A DNA stretch of 64,000 nt from Candidatus Peribacteria bacterium (GTDB lineage Bacteria; Patescibacteriota; Gracilibacteria; Peribacterales; Peribacteraceae). Position numbers and translations under genes: made by a program. The stretch is taken from positions 8,190 through 72,189 of the forward strand of contig JAHFJP010000001.1 in NCBI GenBank assembly GCA_023245765.1, in the 5' to 3' direction. Of the stretch, positions 37,796-46,514 are shown one piece after another; position 1 is the first letter of the stretch; each line of letters opens with the position of its first letter. A model generated the notes under the pieces. The model worked only from the letters and a program-made list of their open reading frames with translations. It did no database searches and had not been told where the DNA came from.

Positions 37796-38719
37796 ATGTT
37801 TCAAGCCTTCGAAATCGGCCCCTTCCTGATCTGGACCCGCCTCATCTTCATCCTTGTCGGTATCTGGCTCAGTACGGAGTTCTTTTTGCGCATTGCCGAG
37901 AGCGCCAATCTCAGCCTCCAGCATTTTCGCGATCACAGTCTGTGGTACGTGGTCGCGTTCGTGACCGGAGGCAGATTTGTGGCCATCCTCGCCGATTACA
38001 AGGCGTACCTGCGCGAACCGCTGAGGACGTTCTTCCTGCACGACGGGAACTTCAGCTTCCTCGGCGGTGCAATCGGCATTGGCGTGGTTCTCTACATCGT
38101 CACACGCGGGCAGCGCACGACGTTCCTCCAGTGGCTGGATGCACTGCTGCCGGCTGCTACGCTCGGTCTTGTCTTCTCCTGGCTTGGATCCTTCTTCGCG
38201 GGGGATGCCTACGGCAAGCCGACCGACATGTTTTGGGGCGTCATCTACGACGCGAGCAATGTCCGTTACACGATTCCGCTGCATCCCGTGCAGATGTACT
38301 ACGCACTCTTTTACTTCCTGCTCACATTTCTGCTCCTGATTATCCGAAAGCGCAGTAAGCGCGTGGGGGCCGAGACGCTCTTTGGCATCGTCGTGGCCTG
38401 CCTTGGAACGTTCCTGCTCGAAACGTATCGCGGGGACTTCAGCATTCCGGTCTTCGCCACGCTGTTCGATTTCATCTTGCTGACGTTCCTCTTCGTGAGC
38501 CTTGGCGTGTTCGCGCTCATCGAAAATCGCATCAGCAAATCCGTCTCGCTCGGGTACGAAGCGGCGCTCTTCACTGCCACGATTGCCTACATGTTCGCGC
38601 GTCCGTGGCTCGACTTCGAAACATATGAACTGCGCATCAGTCAGCTTCTCGCCGTACTGGCGCTGCTCGTGACCGTTGTGTATGTTGTGGTGGAACGACG
38701 GAGGTATCCGTACTTTTGA
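37796..38719 (+). CDS. lgt: Prolipoprotein diacylglyceryl transferase
   Basis: GGRF, GNFSFLGG, GSFFAGDAYGKPT...WG, HPVQMY and E.YRGD. Confidence 0.8.
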   Translation: MFQAFEIGPFLIWTRLIFILVGIWLSTEFFLRIAESANLSLQHFRDHSLWYVVAFVTGGRFVAILADYKAYLREPLRTFFLHDGNFSFLGGAIGIGVVLYIVTRGQRTTFLQWLDALLPAATLGLVFSWLGSFFAGDAYGKPTDMFWGVIYDASNVRYTIPLHPVQMYYALFYFLLTFLLLIIRKRSKRVGAETLFGIVVACLGTFLLETYRGDFSIPVFATLFDFILLTFLFVSLGVFALIENRISKSVSLGYEAALFTATIAYMFARPWLDFETYELRISQLLAVLALLVTVVYVVVERRRYPYF

Positions 38720-38780
38720 TTTTTTCGCGGCCTGCGGCCGCGTGCGCAGGTAGGAATACCTGTGCTGGGAACTTCATTCT

Positions 38781-39089
38781 ATGTCCTTCTTCTTTTCCCT
38801 CCTCACCGACAATCCTGCGATCAGGATGCTGCAGCTGTCGCTCCTGGGTGCGGCGGTCGTGGCGATTTATCTGGTCTTTTACACGACGCGCGATATCCTT
38901 TTGCGCACGCGGTCGTTTGTGTATCAACTCCTCTGCATTCTTCTCGTCGCCGTGCTTCCGGTCCTCGGCTTCTTCCTCTATCTTCTGATCCGGCCTGCGT
39001 CGACGGTGCGTGAGCGGGAAACGGAGAAGATGCTGAGAAAAATTCTGAAGAAAGAACTTTCCTCTTCACCTTCACCACCCACCCCATGA
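38781..39089 (+). CDS. Small membrane protein (PLDc_N-like)
   Basis: RDILLR...LPVLGFFLYLLIRP. Confidence 0.65.
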   Translation: MSFFFSLLTDNPAIRMLQLSLLGAAVVAIYLVFYTTRDILLRTRSFVYQLLCILLVAVLPVLGFFLYLLIRPASTVRERETEKMLRKILKKELSSSPSPPTP

Positions 39090-39493
39090 TGAACATCCTC
39101 ACGTACCTCTTCTATCCGAACCCGGGACACCTCACGTACGACAGCACTCAAACACTGATCGCGTTCGCCGTCTGCGGCGGACTTCTGCTCGTTGCGCTGC
39201 TGATCCGTTTCTGGCGGGCGCGACAGATCAATGCGATCACCAAAAAGCTCAGCCGCTCCTGGTCGGCCGTCAGTTTCTGGTTCGGCGTGATCGGGCTGGT
39301 GCTGATCGTGTCCCGCGTCGAGAAGATCCAGTTTGTCGCGATGCGCTTCCTCTGGGTGATCTGGGCGGTTTTGCTCGTTGCTCTCGTGCTGCTCCAATAC
39401 AGGATCTACCGCATGCGACACTACGAGCTCATGCCCCGGAAGGTGGCACCCGACGATCCGCGCGCGAAATACCTGCCGGGAAAGAAGAAATAG
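39086..39493 (+). CDS. CPR-type membrane protein
   Basis: Three TM helices, R.EKI.F.AMRF and a C-terminal KYLP.KKK. Confidence 0.7.
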   Translation: MMNILTYLFYPNPGHLTYDSTQTLIAFAVCGGLLLVALLIRFWRARQINAITKKLSRSWSAVSFWFGVIGLVLIVSRVEKIQFVAMRFLWVIWAVLLVALVLLQYRIYRMRHYELMPRKVAPDDPRAKYLPGKKK

Positions 39494-39554
39494 ACATTCG
39501 GCTACCCAATAATGAATTGACTTCGCCGCAAGGTACGACGAAAATGCTCCTCCT

Positions 39555-40394
39555 ATGCCGTTAAAGCATTTGACGGAGACCGTTCTCGTCGTGCTGCTTG
39601 CGCTCGTGACGATCGTCACGGGTGTCGTCGTATCAACCCTCCCGCATATTCCCGAGGGCTTCTTCCCGTGGACCATCATCTTCGTCGCGACGGTGCTCTT
39701 CCCCGCACTCGTGTACCCGCTTCTCAAGAACAACCGTGCCGATTACGCATTCCGCGCGCTGCATTTTGCGCCGGTGGCGATTACGATTGTCTGGATGTTC
39801 GTTGAGATTGCGATTCTCAAGCAGCCGCGCCTGGAAATCCTGCACCGGATCTACACCTGGGGCTGGAGCGCTCCGGCCGTCGCGCTCACGTTTCTGCTCC
39901 TTGCGGTCTTCTGCTTGCAGGTCATCCGCCGCCGCGTGCCGCGCATCACACTCCTGATTCTCTTCTTTGTGCCATTCATCGCCAGCGCGTATGCCAGTGA
40001 GAACTACACGCACTGGAACACGCAGCTTGCGGCACTGCTGTGGGAAGCGAAGGAGCCCGTCATCATCGCGCAGAACTCTTCGTCGAGCATGAGCTCGATG
40101 CTCTCGCAGAGCGCAAAGGGTGAAAAGAACCTGGCATCGTCCTCGGTGCCCGAAGAGGAAGCCTGGCGGCAGAAGCTCCGCGAGGTGGAAGAAGGCAAAA
40201 CACATTCTTCCGTGACGGCCAAGGGTCCGCTCCAGGGCATTGAGGCTGCGGCGAGTCTCTCCGAGGGAAAGAAGATCGTCGCCCACAAACGCACGAAACT
40301 CCCCAAATCCGGAGGGGAGATGGAGGCGATGGCAATTTTCATCATTGCTGCGTATGCAGCGGTGCTCCACAAGAGAGCAATGAACGTTGCGTAG
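39555..40394 (+). CDS. Polytopic membrane protein with C-terminal LPxSG sorting-like signal
   Basis: Five TM helices, a Ser-rich linker, then KLPKSG-hydrophobic-HKR. Confidence 0.65.
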   Translation: MPLKHLTETVLVVLLALVTIVTGVVVSTLPHIPEGFFPWTIIFVATVLFPALVYPLLKNNRADYAFRALHFAPVAITIVWMFVEIAILKQPRLEILHRIYTWGWSAPAVALTFLLLAVFCLQVIRRRVPRITLLILFFVPFIASAYASENYTHWNTQLAALLWEAKEPVIIAQNSSSSMSSMLSQSAKGEKNLASSSVPEEEAWRQKLREVEEGKTHSSVTAKGPLQGIEAAASLSEGKKIVAHKRTKLPKSGGEMEAMAIFIIAAYAAVLHKRAMNVA

Positions 40395-40426
40395 TGAAAA
40401 GTTGAAAGTGGAAAGTGAAAAGTGAA
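40394..40426. repeat. 7-bp tandem repeat (GTGAAAA)
   Basis: gtgaaaa gttgaaa gtggaaa gtgaaaa gtgaa; the reverse complement of the array before dnaA. Confidence 0.75.
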
Positions 40427-40442
40427 CCTGTATGATCTTGCC

Positions 40443-41720
40443 ATGTCTGCAATCAAGACTCTTCATGCGCGTCAGATATTAGATTCGCGGGGCACACCGA
40501 CGGTTGAGGTGGATTGCCTGCTTGATGACGGCTCCTTCGGGCGTGCCGCAGTTCCGTCGGGTGCATCCACCGGCAGTCATGAGGCGCTGGAACTGCGGGA
40601 CGGCAACAAGAAGGTCTACAACGGCAAGTCGGTGAGTAAGGCTGTTTCCAACGTCAATGACATCATCGCCAAGAAATTGAAAGGAACGCCGGTGTCGGAT
40701 CAACGCACGCTGGATCAGATCATGATCGATCTCGACGGTGCGCCGAACAAATCCAGGCTGGGTGCAAATGCTATTCTCGCAGTCTCGATGGCGGTCTGTC
40801 GTGCCCGGGCGGTGTCGGAGAAGGCACCGCTCTGGAAGTCGCTCGCAGATCAATTCGATGTGAAGCTCGAGAAGGACGTGAAGCTGCCCGTTCCGCTCAT
40901 GAACGTGCTCAACGGTGGCGCCCATGCGGATTCGGGCCTCAGCTTCCAGGAATTCATGATCGTTCCAGTTGATTTTCCGTCATTTGCCGAAGCCCTCCGT
41001 GCCGGTGCCGAGGTGTTCTACGCGCTCAAGGACATGCTCAAGAAGTTCCAGTACGTGATCGCCGTGGGGGACGAAGGGGGATTCGCTCCGCACGTGGCCG
41101 ATGCCGATCATGCGTTCTCGATCCTCACACACGCGATCGAGGATGCCGGTTACGCAGGCAAGGTCAAACTCGCGATCGACTGCGCCGCGTCGGAGTTCTA
41201 CAACGATGGAAAATACATCGCGGACCGCAAAACATTCACCTCTGCACAGCTGACGGACTATTACGCGCATCTGGCCGAGAAGTATCCGATCGTCAGCATT
41301 GAAGACAGCCATGCGGAAGATGACTGGGACGGTTTCATTCTGATGCAGAAAAAGATGGGGAAGGGGATGCAGCTTGTCGGCGACGATCTCTTTGTGACCA
41401 ACACGCAGCGCATCACCGATGGCATCAAGAAGAACGCGGCCAATGCCGTCCTCATCAAGCTGAACCAGATCGGCACGGTCAGTGAAACGGCCGATGCGAT
41501 CCAAATGTCGCAGAAGAACGGCTGGAACAGCATCGCGAGCCACCGCAGCGGCGAAACCGAAGACACCTTCATCGCCCACCTCGCGGTCGGCCTCCAGACC
41601 GGACAGATTAAGACCGGCTCCCTGAGCCGCACCGACCGGATCTGCAAATACAACGAGCTGCTCAGGATTGAAGAAGAACTCGGTAAAAAGGCTGTCTACA
41701 AGAGTCCTTTCGGAGTATGA
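40443..41720 (+). CDS. eno: Enolase
   Basis: DSRG.PTVE, PSGASTG, GDEGGF, VGDDLFVTN, SHRSGETED and QIKTGS. Start moved to ATG 40443. Confidence 0.98.
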   Translation: MSAIKTLHARQILDSRGTPTVEVDCLLDDGSFGRAAVPSGASTGSHEALELRDGNKKVYNGKSVSKAVSNVNDIIAKKLKGTPVSDQRTLDQIMIDLDGAPNKSRLGANAILAVSMAVCRARAVSEKAPLWKSLADQFDVKLEKDVKLPVPLMNVLNGGAHADSGLSFQEFMIVPVDFPSFAEALRAGAEVFYALKDMLKKFQYVIAVGDEGGFAPHVADADHAFSILTHAIEDAGYAGKVKLAIDCAASEFYNDGKYIADRKTFTSAQLTDYYAHLAEKYPIVSIEDSHAEDDWDGFILMQKKMGKGMQLVGDDLFVTNTQRITDGIKKNAANAVLIKLNQIGTVSETADAIQMSQKNGWNSIASHRSGETEDTFIAHLAVGLQTGQIKTGSLSRTDRICKYNELLRIEEELGKKAVYKSPFGV

Positions 41721-41727
41721 TGTGGAT

Positions 41728-41985
41728 ATGAAGAAGAAGCGCTTCGTTAGCAGGAAGAACCAGCCAGCACGCTCTCTGCCCGTTCTTATCGAACGAGACG
41801 AGGGAGGGATGTACATCGTTGAATGTCCCATTCTCTCAGGGTGTTATTCGCAGGGAAAAACACTTGATGACGCACTGAAGAATATCCAGGAAGTCATTGC
41901 ACTTGTGAGCGAAGAAGAGCCGAATCGGGCTATTCTCCGCGATTACCTGCCACGTGAAATCAGCTTCCATACGATCACGATCTGA
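41728..41985 (+). CDS. HicB family antitoxin
   Basis: VLIERDE..YIVECP.L.GCYSQGKT...A..NI.EVI. Confidence 0.85.
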   Translation: MKKKRFVSRKNQPARSLPVLIERDEGGMYIVECPILSGCYSQGKTLDDALKNIQEVIALVSEEEPNRAILRDYLPREISFHTITI

Positions 41986-41987
41986 GA

Positions 41988-42215
41988 ATGACAATCTTTC
42001 CCATCGTTTCCGGACGGGAAGCGGTGAAGTGTTTTCTGCGTCTCGGATATGTTCTTGTGAGGCAACGCGGGAGTCACATGCGTTTAACTCATCCTTCGGA
42101 TAGGAACAGGAAGTCTCTCACTATTCCCGATCACCGAGAGTTGGGAAAAGGACTGCTCAGAAAGTTGCTGCGTGACGCTCAGATCACTGTCGATGATTTT
42201 TTGAAGTTGCTGTAA
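41988..42215 (+). CDS. HicA family toxin
   Basis: VSGRE...LGY..VRQRGSH...TIPDH.EL.KG.LR..LRDA. Confidence 0.9.
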   Translation: MTIFPIVSGREAVKCFLRLGYVLVRQRGSHMRLTHPSDRNRKSLTIPDHRELGKGLLRKLLRDAQITVDDFLKLL

Positions 42216-42453
42216 TCCAGAACCGTTTCAACCACGGCAGCGTCAGCGTCGAGAAGACGTACGAGATCGTTGGAATGAGTGAGAGCAACAGAAAACGTTC
42301 TTCACCAATCAGCCAGAGCAGGAGTACTGCGGTGAGGTACGTCAGCAGAGCGAGAAAAGCCCGCCGCGTGAAACTGACCTCCCACGCTTTCTCCGCTTCG
42401 ACGCGACGATTTCGTTCAAGAATCAATTCCAGTGACCGTTCAAGATTTGTCAT
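42184..42453 (-). CDS. Small membrane protein
   Basis: ERNRRVEAEKAWEVS.TRR followed by two TM helices. Start moved to ATG 42453. Confidence 0.65.
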   Translation of the reverse strand: MTNLERSLELILERNRRVEAEKAWEVSFTRRAFLALLTYLTAVLLLWLIGEERFLLLSLIPTISYVFSTLTLPWLKRFWITATSKNHRQ

Positions 42454-42474
42454 ACAAGTTATGAATGAATTTCG

Positions 42475-42558
42475 TGGCCCCGCACAACTCGCTGCGCTCG
42501 TATGCGGGGCCAAAGATCTTCGGCTTCACGCTTCGCCCTTCGGGCTCGCGTTCAGCTC
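42475..42558. repeat. Two REP-like hairpins downstream of tRNA-Pro
   Basis: TGGCCCCGCA...TGCGGGGCCA with an ACTCGCTGCGCTCG loop, and a GCCC-TTC-GGGC branched hairpin. Confidence 0.6.
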
Positions 42559-42568
42559 GAATTCACTT

Positions 42569-42645
42569 TGGTCGGGACGACAGGACTTGAACCTGCGACC
42601 TCATGCACCCCATGCATGCGCTCTAGCCAACTGAGCTACGTCCCG
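42569..42645 (-). tRNA. tRNA-Pro(GGG)
   Basis: Reverse complement: CGGGACGTAGCTCAG...CATGC-ATGGGGT-GCATG...GGTTCAAGTCC..CGTCCCGACCA. Confidence 0.96.
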
Positions 42646-42765
42646 ATTGTGAAGGATCCTACAGCATGCATGAACGGCGTGACAGCCGCTCCCGTTTGTC
42701 AAAATATCCAGCTTTAGACCATTGAATTCCGAGGGTCGCGAGACTAGACTGGGCCATCAAAATTT

Positions 42766-44334
42766 ATGGGGAAACCCCCTCCATCCACATCTTCCATTGA
42801 ATCAACGCTCCAGGCTCTCCGCGAAGCCATCTGGTCGCGGCGACCGATCCTGGGGGATATCATGCGTAAGCACGGCGACATGCAGCTGTTTGAGTACGCG
42901 CAGGACTTCATGGACGTCAACGACGCGCCCGTTCTTGACCCGTACAAGCCTGAGATCATCGATACGCTGTGTGATTTGATCGGTCAGCGTTTGGGGCCGG
43001 ATGTGGCAACTCGCGCCCGAAAGCAGCTCAAGAAATTCGCCCTCGTCTCCACCGCCGATCACCATTCCACGATCGATCATCCGTTCTGGGTGAACGCCAA
43101 CATTATTTCGGGTCTGCCGTTCCTCGAGAAGCCCGATCCCGATGTGTTCTCGCTCGTCGTGCTGTCGTTTGCCAGTGTCTCGCTAAACAATGCGTCGGGA
43201 TTCGCACGGGGAATTCTCTTCCATGGCGGCATGGGCAATTCCAGCAATCTCATCCGCCTGCCGGTGCTGCCGGATAAGGAGAAGATGGGAATCGTGTACA
43301 GCAGCCGTGCATTCACGCGTGAGGATCTTGACCGCGCGCAGCAGTCACTGCACGAAAAGGAGAGGGCAGGGGAGATCACGCCGCAACGTCGCGCGGGGAT
43401 CGCGGGATTTCTGGAGGACTATTACGGAGCCAAAGACGTCCTCGATTCTCCCGATCTTTCCACGCAGATCACCAAGATCAACTTCCGTTTCTGGCCCAAG
43501 CTCTTCCATCCGGCTAAAGGCGAAGAGCCCGGACGGCGCATGCTCGATCTGATTTACTTCGAGATCGAGACGCTCGTGACCGAACTGCTGCTGCGTCGTC
43601 ACCTGACGGAGAATACACTGATCAACCGGCTGCTGTTCCGCGATGACTACCGCAAGCTTGTCCTGGAGTGTTTCGACGGCATCGCCGGCGCGTTTTCTCA
43701 CAAGAAAGGATGGGGGACCTACATGTTCTGGGCGATCGATGCCAATCACCACCGTGTGCGTTTGGAGCTCGACGGAAACAGGCTGGTCTCCAAAACCCAG
43801 CCGGATCTCTCGGTCGACTTTACCCCGGATGCGATTGCGCAGGCGCTCAAAGACCGTCGCATCTATCCGAGCATGCTCCTCTGCTACATCATGGTGTCGC
43901 TCTACTACGGCATGAAGTGCCTGGGCGGGTTTTGCCAGGTGCATGATCTGACAGTGACGAAGGAGGCGTGGGGCAAGATGCTCCGAGCGGTCGGCGAGAG
44001 CAAAGAAGCCGATGCGCTGACGCCGATCCAGACCAAAGAGCTCGGCGGCGACGGTATGGTGCTCGCGTACTCGCGCTCGGCATCGGGCACGGAAATGTTC
44101 CCCGCGACGGGCATCGACATGTACCTGAGCGAAAAAGATACGGGTGTGGAGAAGTACCTCAACCGGTCAAAGGAAGTGACGATGCAGGAGATGATGAATC
44201 CGATGCTGCCCGAGATGTATACGGTGCTCTTTACCGCCGATGAGCGCGATCCCGAACTTCTCAAAATCTCCCCGGAGGCGATCCTGCGGGAAACGGGTCT
44301 GCAGGAGAAACTCGCTGCGGAGGCGAGGAAGTGA
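42766..44334 (+). CDS. Hypothetical protein (enzyme-like, 522 aa)
   Basis: Long ORF with host-like codon usage; motifs STADHH..HP..VNAN and LGGFCQ. Confidence 0.75.
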   Translation: MGKPPPSTSSIESTLQALREAIWSRRPILGDIMRKHGDMQLFEYAQDFMDVNDAPVLDPYKPEIIDTLCDLIGQRLGPDVATRARKQLKKFALVSTADHHSTIDHPFWVNANIISGLPFLEKPDPDVFSLVVLSFASVSLNNASGFARGILFHGGMGNSSNLIRLPVLPDKEKMGIVYSSRAFTREDLDRAQQSLHEKERAGEITPQRRAGIAGFLEDYYGAKDVLDSPDLSTQITKINFRFWPKLFHPAKGEEPGRRMLDLIYFEIETLVTELLLRRHLTENTLINRLLFRDDYRKLVLECFDGIAGAFSHKKGWGTYMFWAIDANHHRVRLELDGNRLVSKTQPDLSVDFTPDAIAQALKDRRIYPSMLLCYIMVSLYYGMKCLGGFCQVHDLTVTKEAWGKMLRAVGESKEADALTPIQTKELGGDGMVLAYSRSASGTEMFPATGIDMYLSEKDTGVEKYLNRSKEVTMQEMMNPMLPEMYTVLFTADERDPELLKISPEAILRETGLQEKLAAEARK

Positions 44335-44343
44335 TGACGGTGT

Positions 44344-44622
44344 CTATCCCACGAGTTCCTCCGTATCCGGATAGATTGTTGACCGGTGGCCGAACAATTC
44401 AATACGAACGACGTTTTCCATGATTCTGTACACGACGCGGTATTCACCAACCCGCAGACTCCATAGTCCGTGCAGAGGATGGCGCAGGGGTTTTCCGAAT
44501 AGAGATGGCTCTCTTGTGAGTTTCTCTTCAATCATGAGGCGAATGCGCTCTTTCACATTGTTCGGCAAACGCCGGAATTTTTTCCAGTCGATGTTCGGCC
44601 CGTATTCAATGTGATAGGTCAT
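44344..44622 (-). CDS. RelE/ParE family toxin
   Basis: P..FGKPL...L.GLWSLRVGEYRVVY...GHR..IY. Confidence 0.88.
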   Translation of the reverse strand: MTYHIEYGPNIDWKKFRRLPNNVKERIRLMIEEKLTREPSLFGKPLRHPLHGLWSLRVGEYRVVYRIMENVVRIELFGHRSTIYPDTEELVG

Positions 44623-44849
44623 GAAACCTTCTTCCAGAACTCCTCATGAGATATATATTTTCCTCCTTTCGCTATGCGCTCAGCGGCTATAGTTGCGAAG
44701 TAATCGTCCTCCGCGAGTTCCAGAGCGTTCTCGATCAATTGAAGGGCTTTTTCCGATTGAGACATCTCATCCCGAACGGCGATCTTCTGGAGATAGACCG
44801 CGATGTGTTTCGGCAATGTGAGATTGAGCCTCTTCTTCTTTGTCGGCAT
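44619..44849 (-). CDS. Antitoxin (RHH-type)
   Basis: KKRLNLTL...LIENALEL.ED...ISHEEFW, overlapping the toxin start. Confidence 0.8.
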   Translation of the reverse strand: MPTKKKRLNLTLPKHIAVYLQKIAVRDEMSQSEKALQLIENALELAEDDYFATIAAERIAKGGKYISHEEFWKKVS

Positions 44850-44855
44850 GTATTT

Positions 44856-44885
44856 AGTGTAACACTGGTGTTACACCTTGCGCAA
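44856..44885 (-). promoter_or_regulatory. TA promoter/operator
   Basis: Perfect IR GTGTAACAC-TG-GTGTTACAC (44857..44876) over the minus-strand TACACT -10, which is 6 nt before the ATG. Confidence 0.7.
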
Positions 44886-44958
44886 GGCGGATGCTATCAA
44901 AATCTTCCTTGTCCTTTGGCTAAGATTCTGCTTCCATAATCGCTATTTGGCATGGTAC

Positions 44959-44987
44959 TTGCATATTTAATTAAATTATGTTATAGT
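44959..44987 (+). promoter_or_regulatory. Sigma70-type promoter for nrnA
   Basis: TTGCAT-17-TATAGT. Confidence 0.6.
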
Positions 44988-45034
44988 ATTCAGTTCGCTA
45001 ACGCTCACTGCTAACCGTCCTTCCTATCTAGTCC

Positions 45035-46387
45035 ATGAGCCTCAATCCCAAAGATCTATCGGCCGCAACGGGTGCGATCAATGAGCATCAGCGTCTGCTC
45101 GTGATCCCCCACGCGAACGTCGACCCCGACGGGCTGAGTTCGGCGCTTTCGTGCTACCAGATGTTCAAAAGCATCGGGAAAGACGTCACCGTGATCTGCC
45201 CCGATACGCCGCCGGAGTCACTGCGGTTCCTCCCCGGCTTCGAAAAGCTCGAAGGCGAGATCGCCGAGAGCCAGAACTTCGTCGTGACGATCAATCTGGA
45301 GGACGGCGTGGAGGTCGATAAGCTCCGCTACACCGTCGAAGATCACAAGGTGAACATCATCGTGGTGCCGAAGAAAGGGAAGATCGGCAGTCGCGCCGTC
45401 ACGTTTGCCGAAGGACCGCGTCACTACGATCTCATCGTCATGGTCGATACCGCCGATCTCGCGTTGCTTGGGAGCCTCCACACCGATCACATGGATCTCT
45501 TTTCACAGGTCCCCATCCTCAATATTGATCATCACATCAGCAACATGCGCTACGGTCAGCTGCATTTGATCGACCCCACCGCGGCCTCGGCCACCGAAGT
45601 CCTCTACAACTGGTTCCTCCAGGTGCCCGACTGGGCCGGGAAGATCACGCCGGATATCGCCACGCTGCTACTCACCGGGCTTATCACGGATACAAGAAGT
45701 TTCCAGAACCCCAATACCACGCCGCGGTCACTGGAAGTCGCCGCCGAACTCCTGGAGCGCGGTGCCCGTCAGCAGGAAATCATCCAGCACATCTACAAAA
45801 CGAAGCCGCTCAGTACTCTCAAGATCTGGGGCCGTGCTCTCAACCGCATCCAGATGGACGCCCAGGCGGGCATCGTGTGGTCGAGCATCAGCCGCGAAGA
45901 TCTGCAGGAGATGGAAGCATCGTCCAAGGAAACCCATGGCATTCTCGACGAACTGATCTCGACGATTCCGAATGCCGATATCCATGTGCTCTTCACGGAG
46001 GTCGAAGAGGGCGGGCTCAAAGCGAGCATGCGCAGTTCCGCGATGATCGACTGTTCACGCCTCGCTGCCGAAACGTACGGGGGCGGCGGACACCCGAGAG
46101 CGTCGGGATTCCGCGTCAAGAACTACGACAACTTCCAGCTGCAGGTCCTGGAGTCGGTCAAGAAACTGAAGGAGGGGATGGTGAGGCAGCGGAGGGAGGG
46201 AGATGAGCCACGAGTGGTGCGGGCGGTCGTGACTCCTCAGGCGACGAAAGGAACCAAGGCAACCGAGGGGACCAAGGTGTCCGAGGCGCCCAAAAAGAAG
46301 CACAAAGGAAAAGATGTTGTTCGCGGTCTTCAGAATGGCAAAGACAACGGAGGTGGAACGGATATCGTTGGAAAAATCACGCAATAA
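45035..46387 (+). CDS. nrnA: DHH family phosphoesterase (NrnA-like)
   Basis: HANVDPDG, VDTA, IDHH, TDT.SF and GGGGH..ASG. Confidence 0.88.
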   Translation: MSLNPKDLSAATGAINEHQRLLVIPHANVDPDGLSSALSCYQMFKSIGKDVTVICPDTPPESLRFLPGFEKLEGEIAESQNFVVTINLEDGVEVDKLRYTVEDHKVNIIVVPKKGKIGSRAVTFAEGPRHYDLIVMVDTADLALLGSLHTDHMDLFSQVPILNIDHHISNMRYGQLHLIDPTAASATEVLYNWFLQVPDWAGKITPDIATLLLTGLITDTRSFQNPNTTPRSLEVAAELLERGARQQEIIQHIYKTKPLSTLKIWGRALNRIQMDAQAGIVWSSISREDLQEMEASSKETHGILDELISTIPNADIHVLFTEVEEGGLKASMRSSAMIDCSRLAAETYGGGGHPRASGFRVKNYDNFQLQVLESVKKLKEGMVRQRREGDEPRVVRAVVTPQATKGTKATEGTKVSEAPKKKHKGKDVVRGLQNGKDNGGGTDIVGKITQ

Positions 46388-46457
46388 CCTCGGCCCGCCC
46401 ATATCGAACAACGTTCGGTCAGGTCACCTCGGCACCGTCGGTCCCCTCGGTGCCCTT
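46241..46457. repeat. 9-bp ACCGA-family inverted array whose left arm lies inside the nrnA 3' end
   Basis: gcgacgaaa ggaaccaag gcaaccgag gggaccaag gtgtccgag ... ctcggcacc gtcggtccc ctcggtgcc. Confidence 0.7.
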
Positions 46458-46514
46458 TCATGCGCCCGGAATACCTGATAGAGTTCTTCCGGTCATTATC
46501 TCAATCCGTATCCC

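Noticed and set aside
44959-44987. dif-like site (TTATGTTA XerD-arm resemblance)
   Set aside because: The left arm lacks the ATAA symmetry; it is better explained as a TTGCAT-17-TATAGT promoter.
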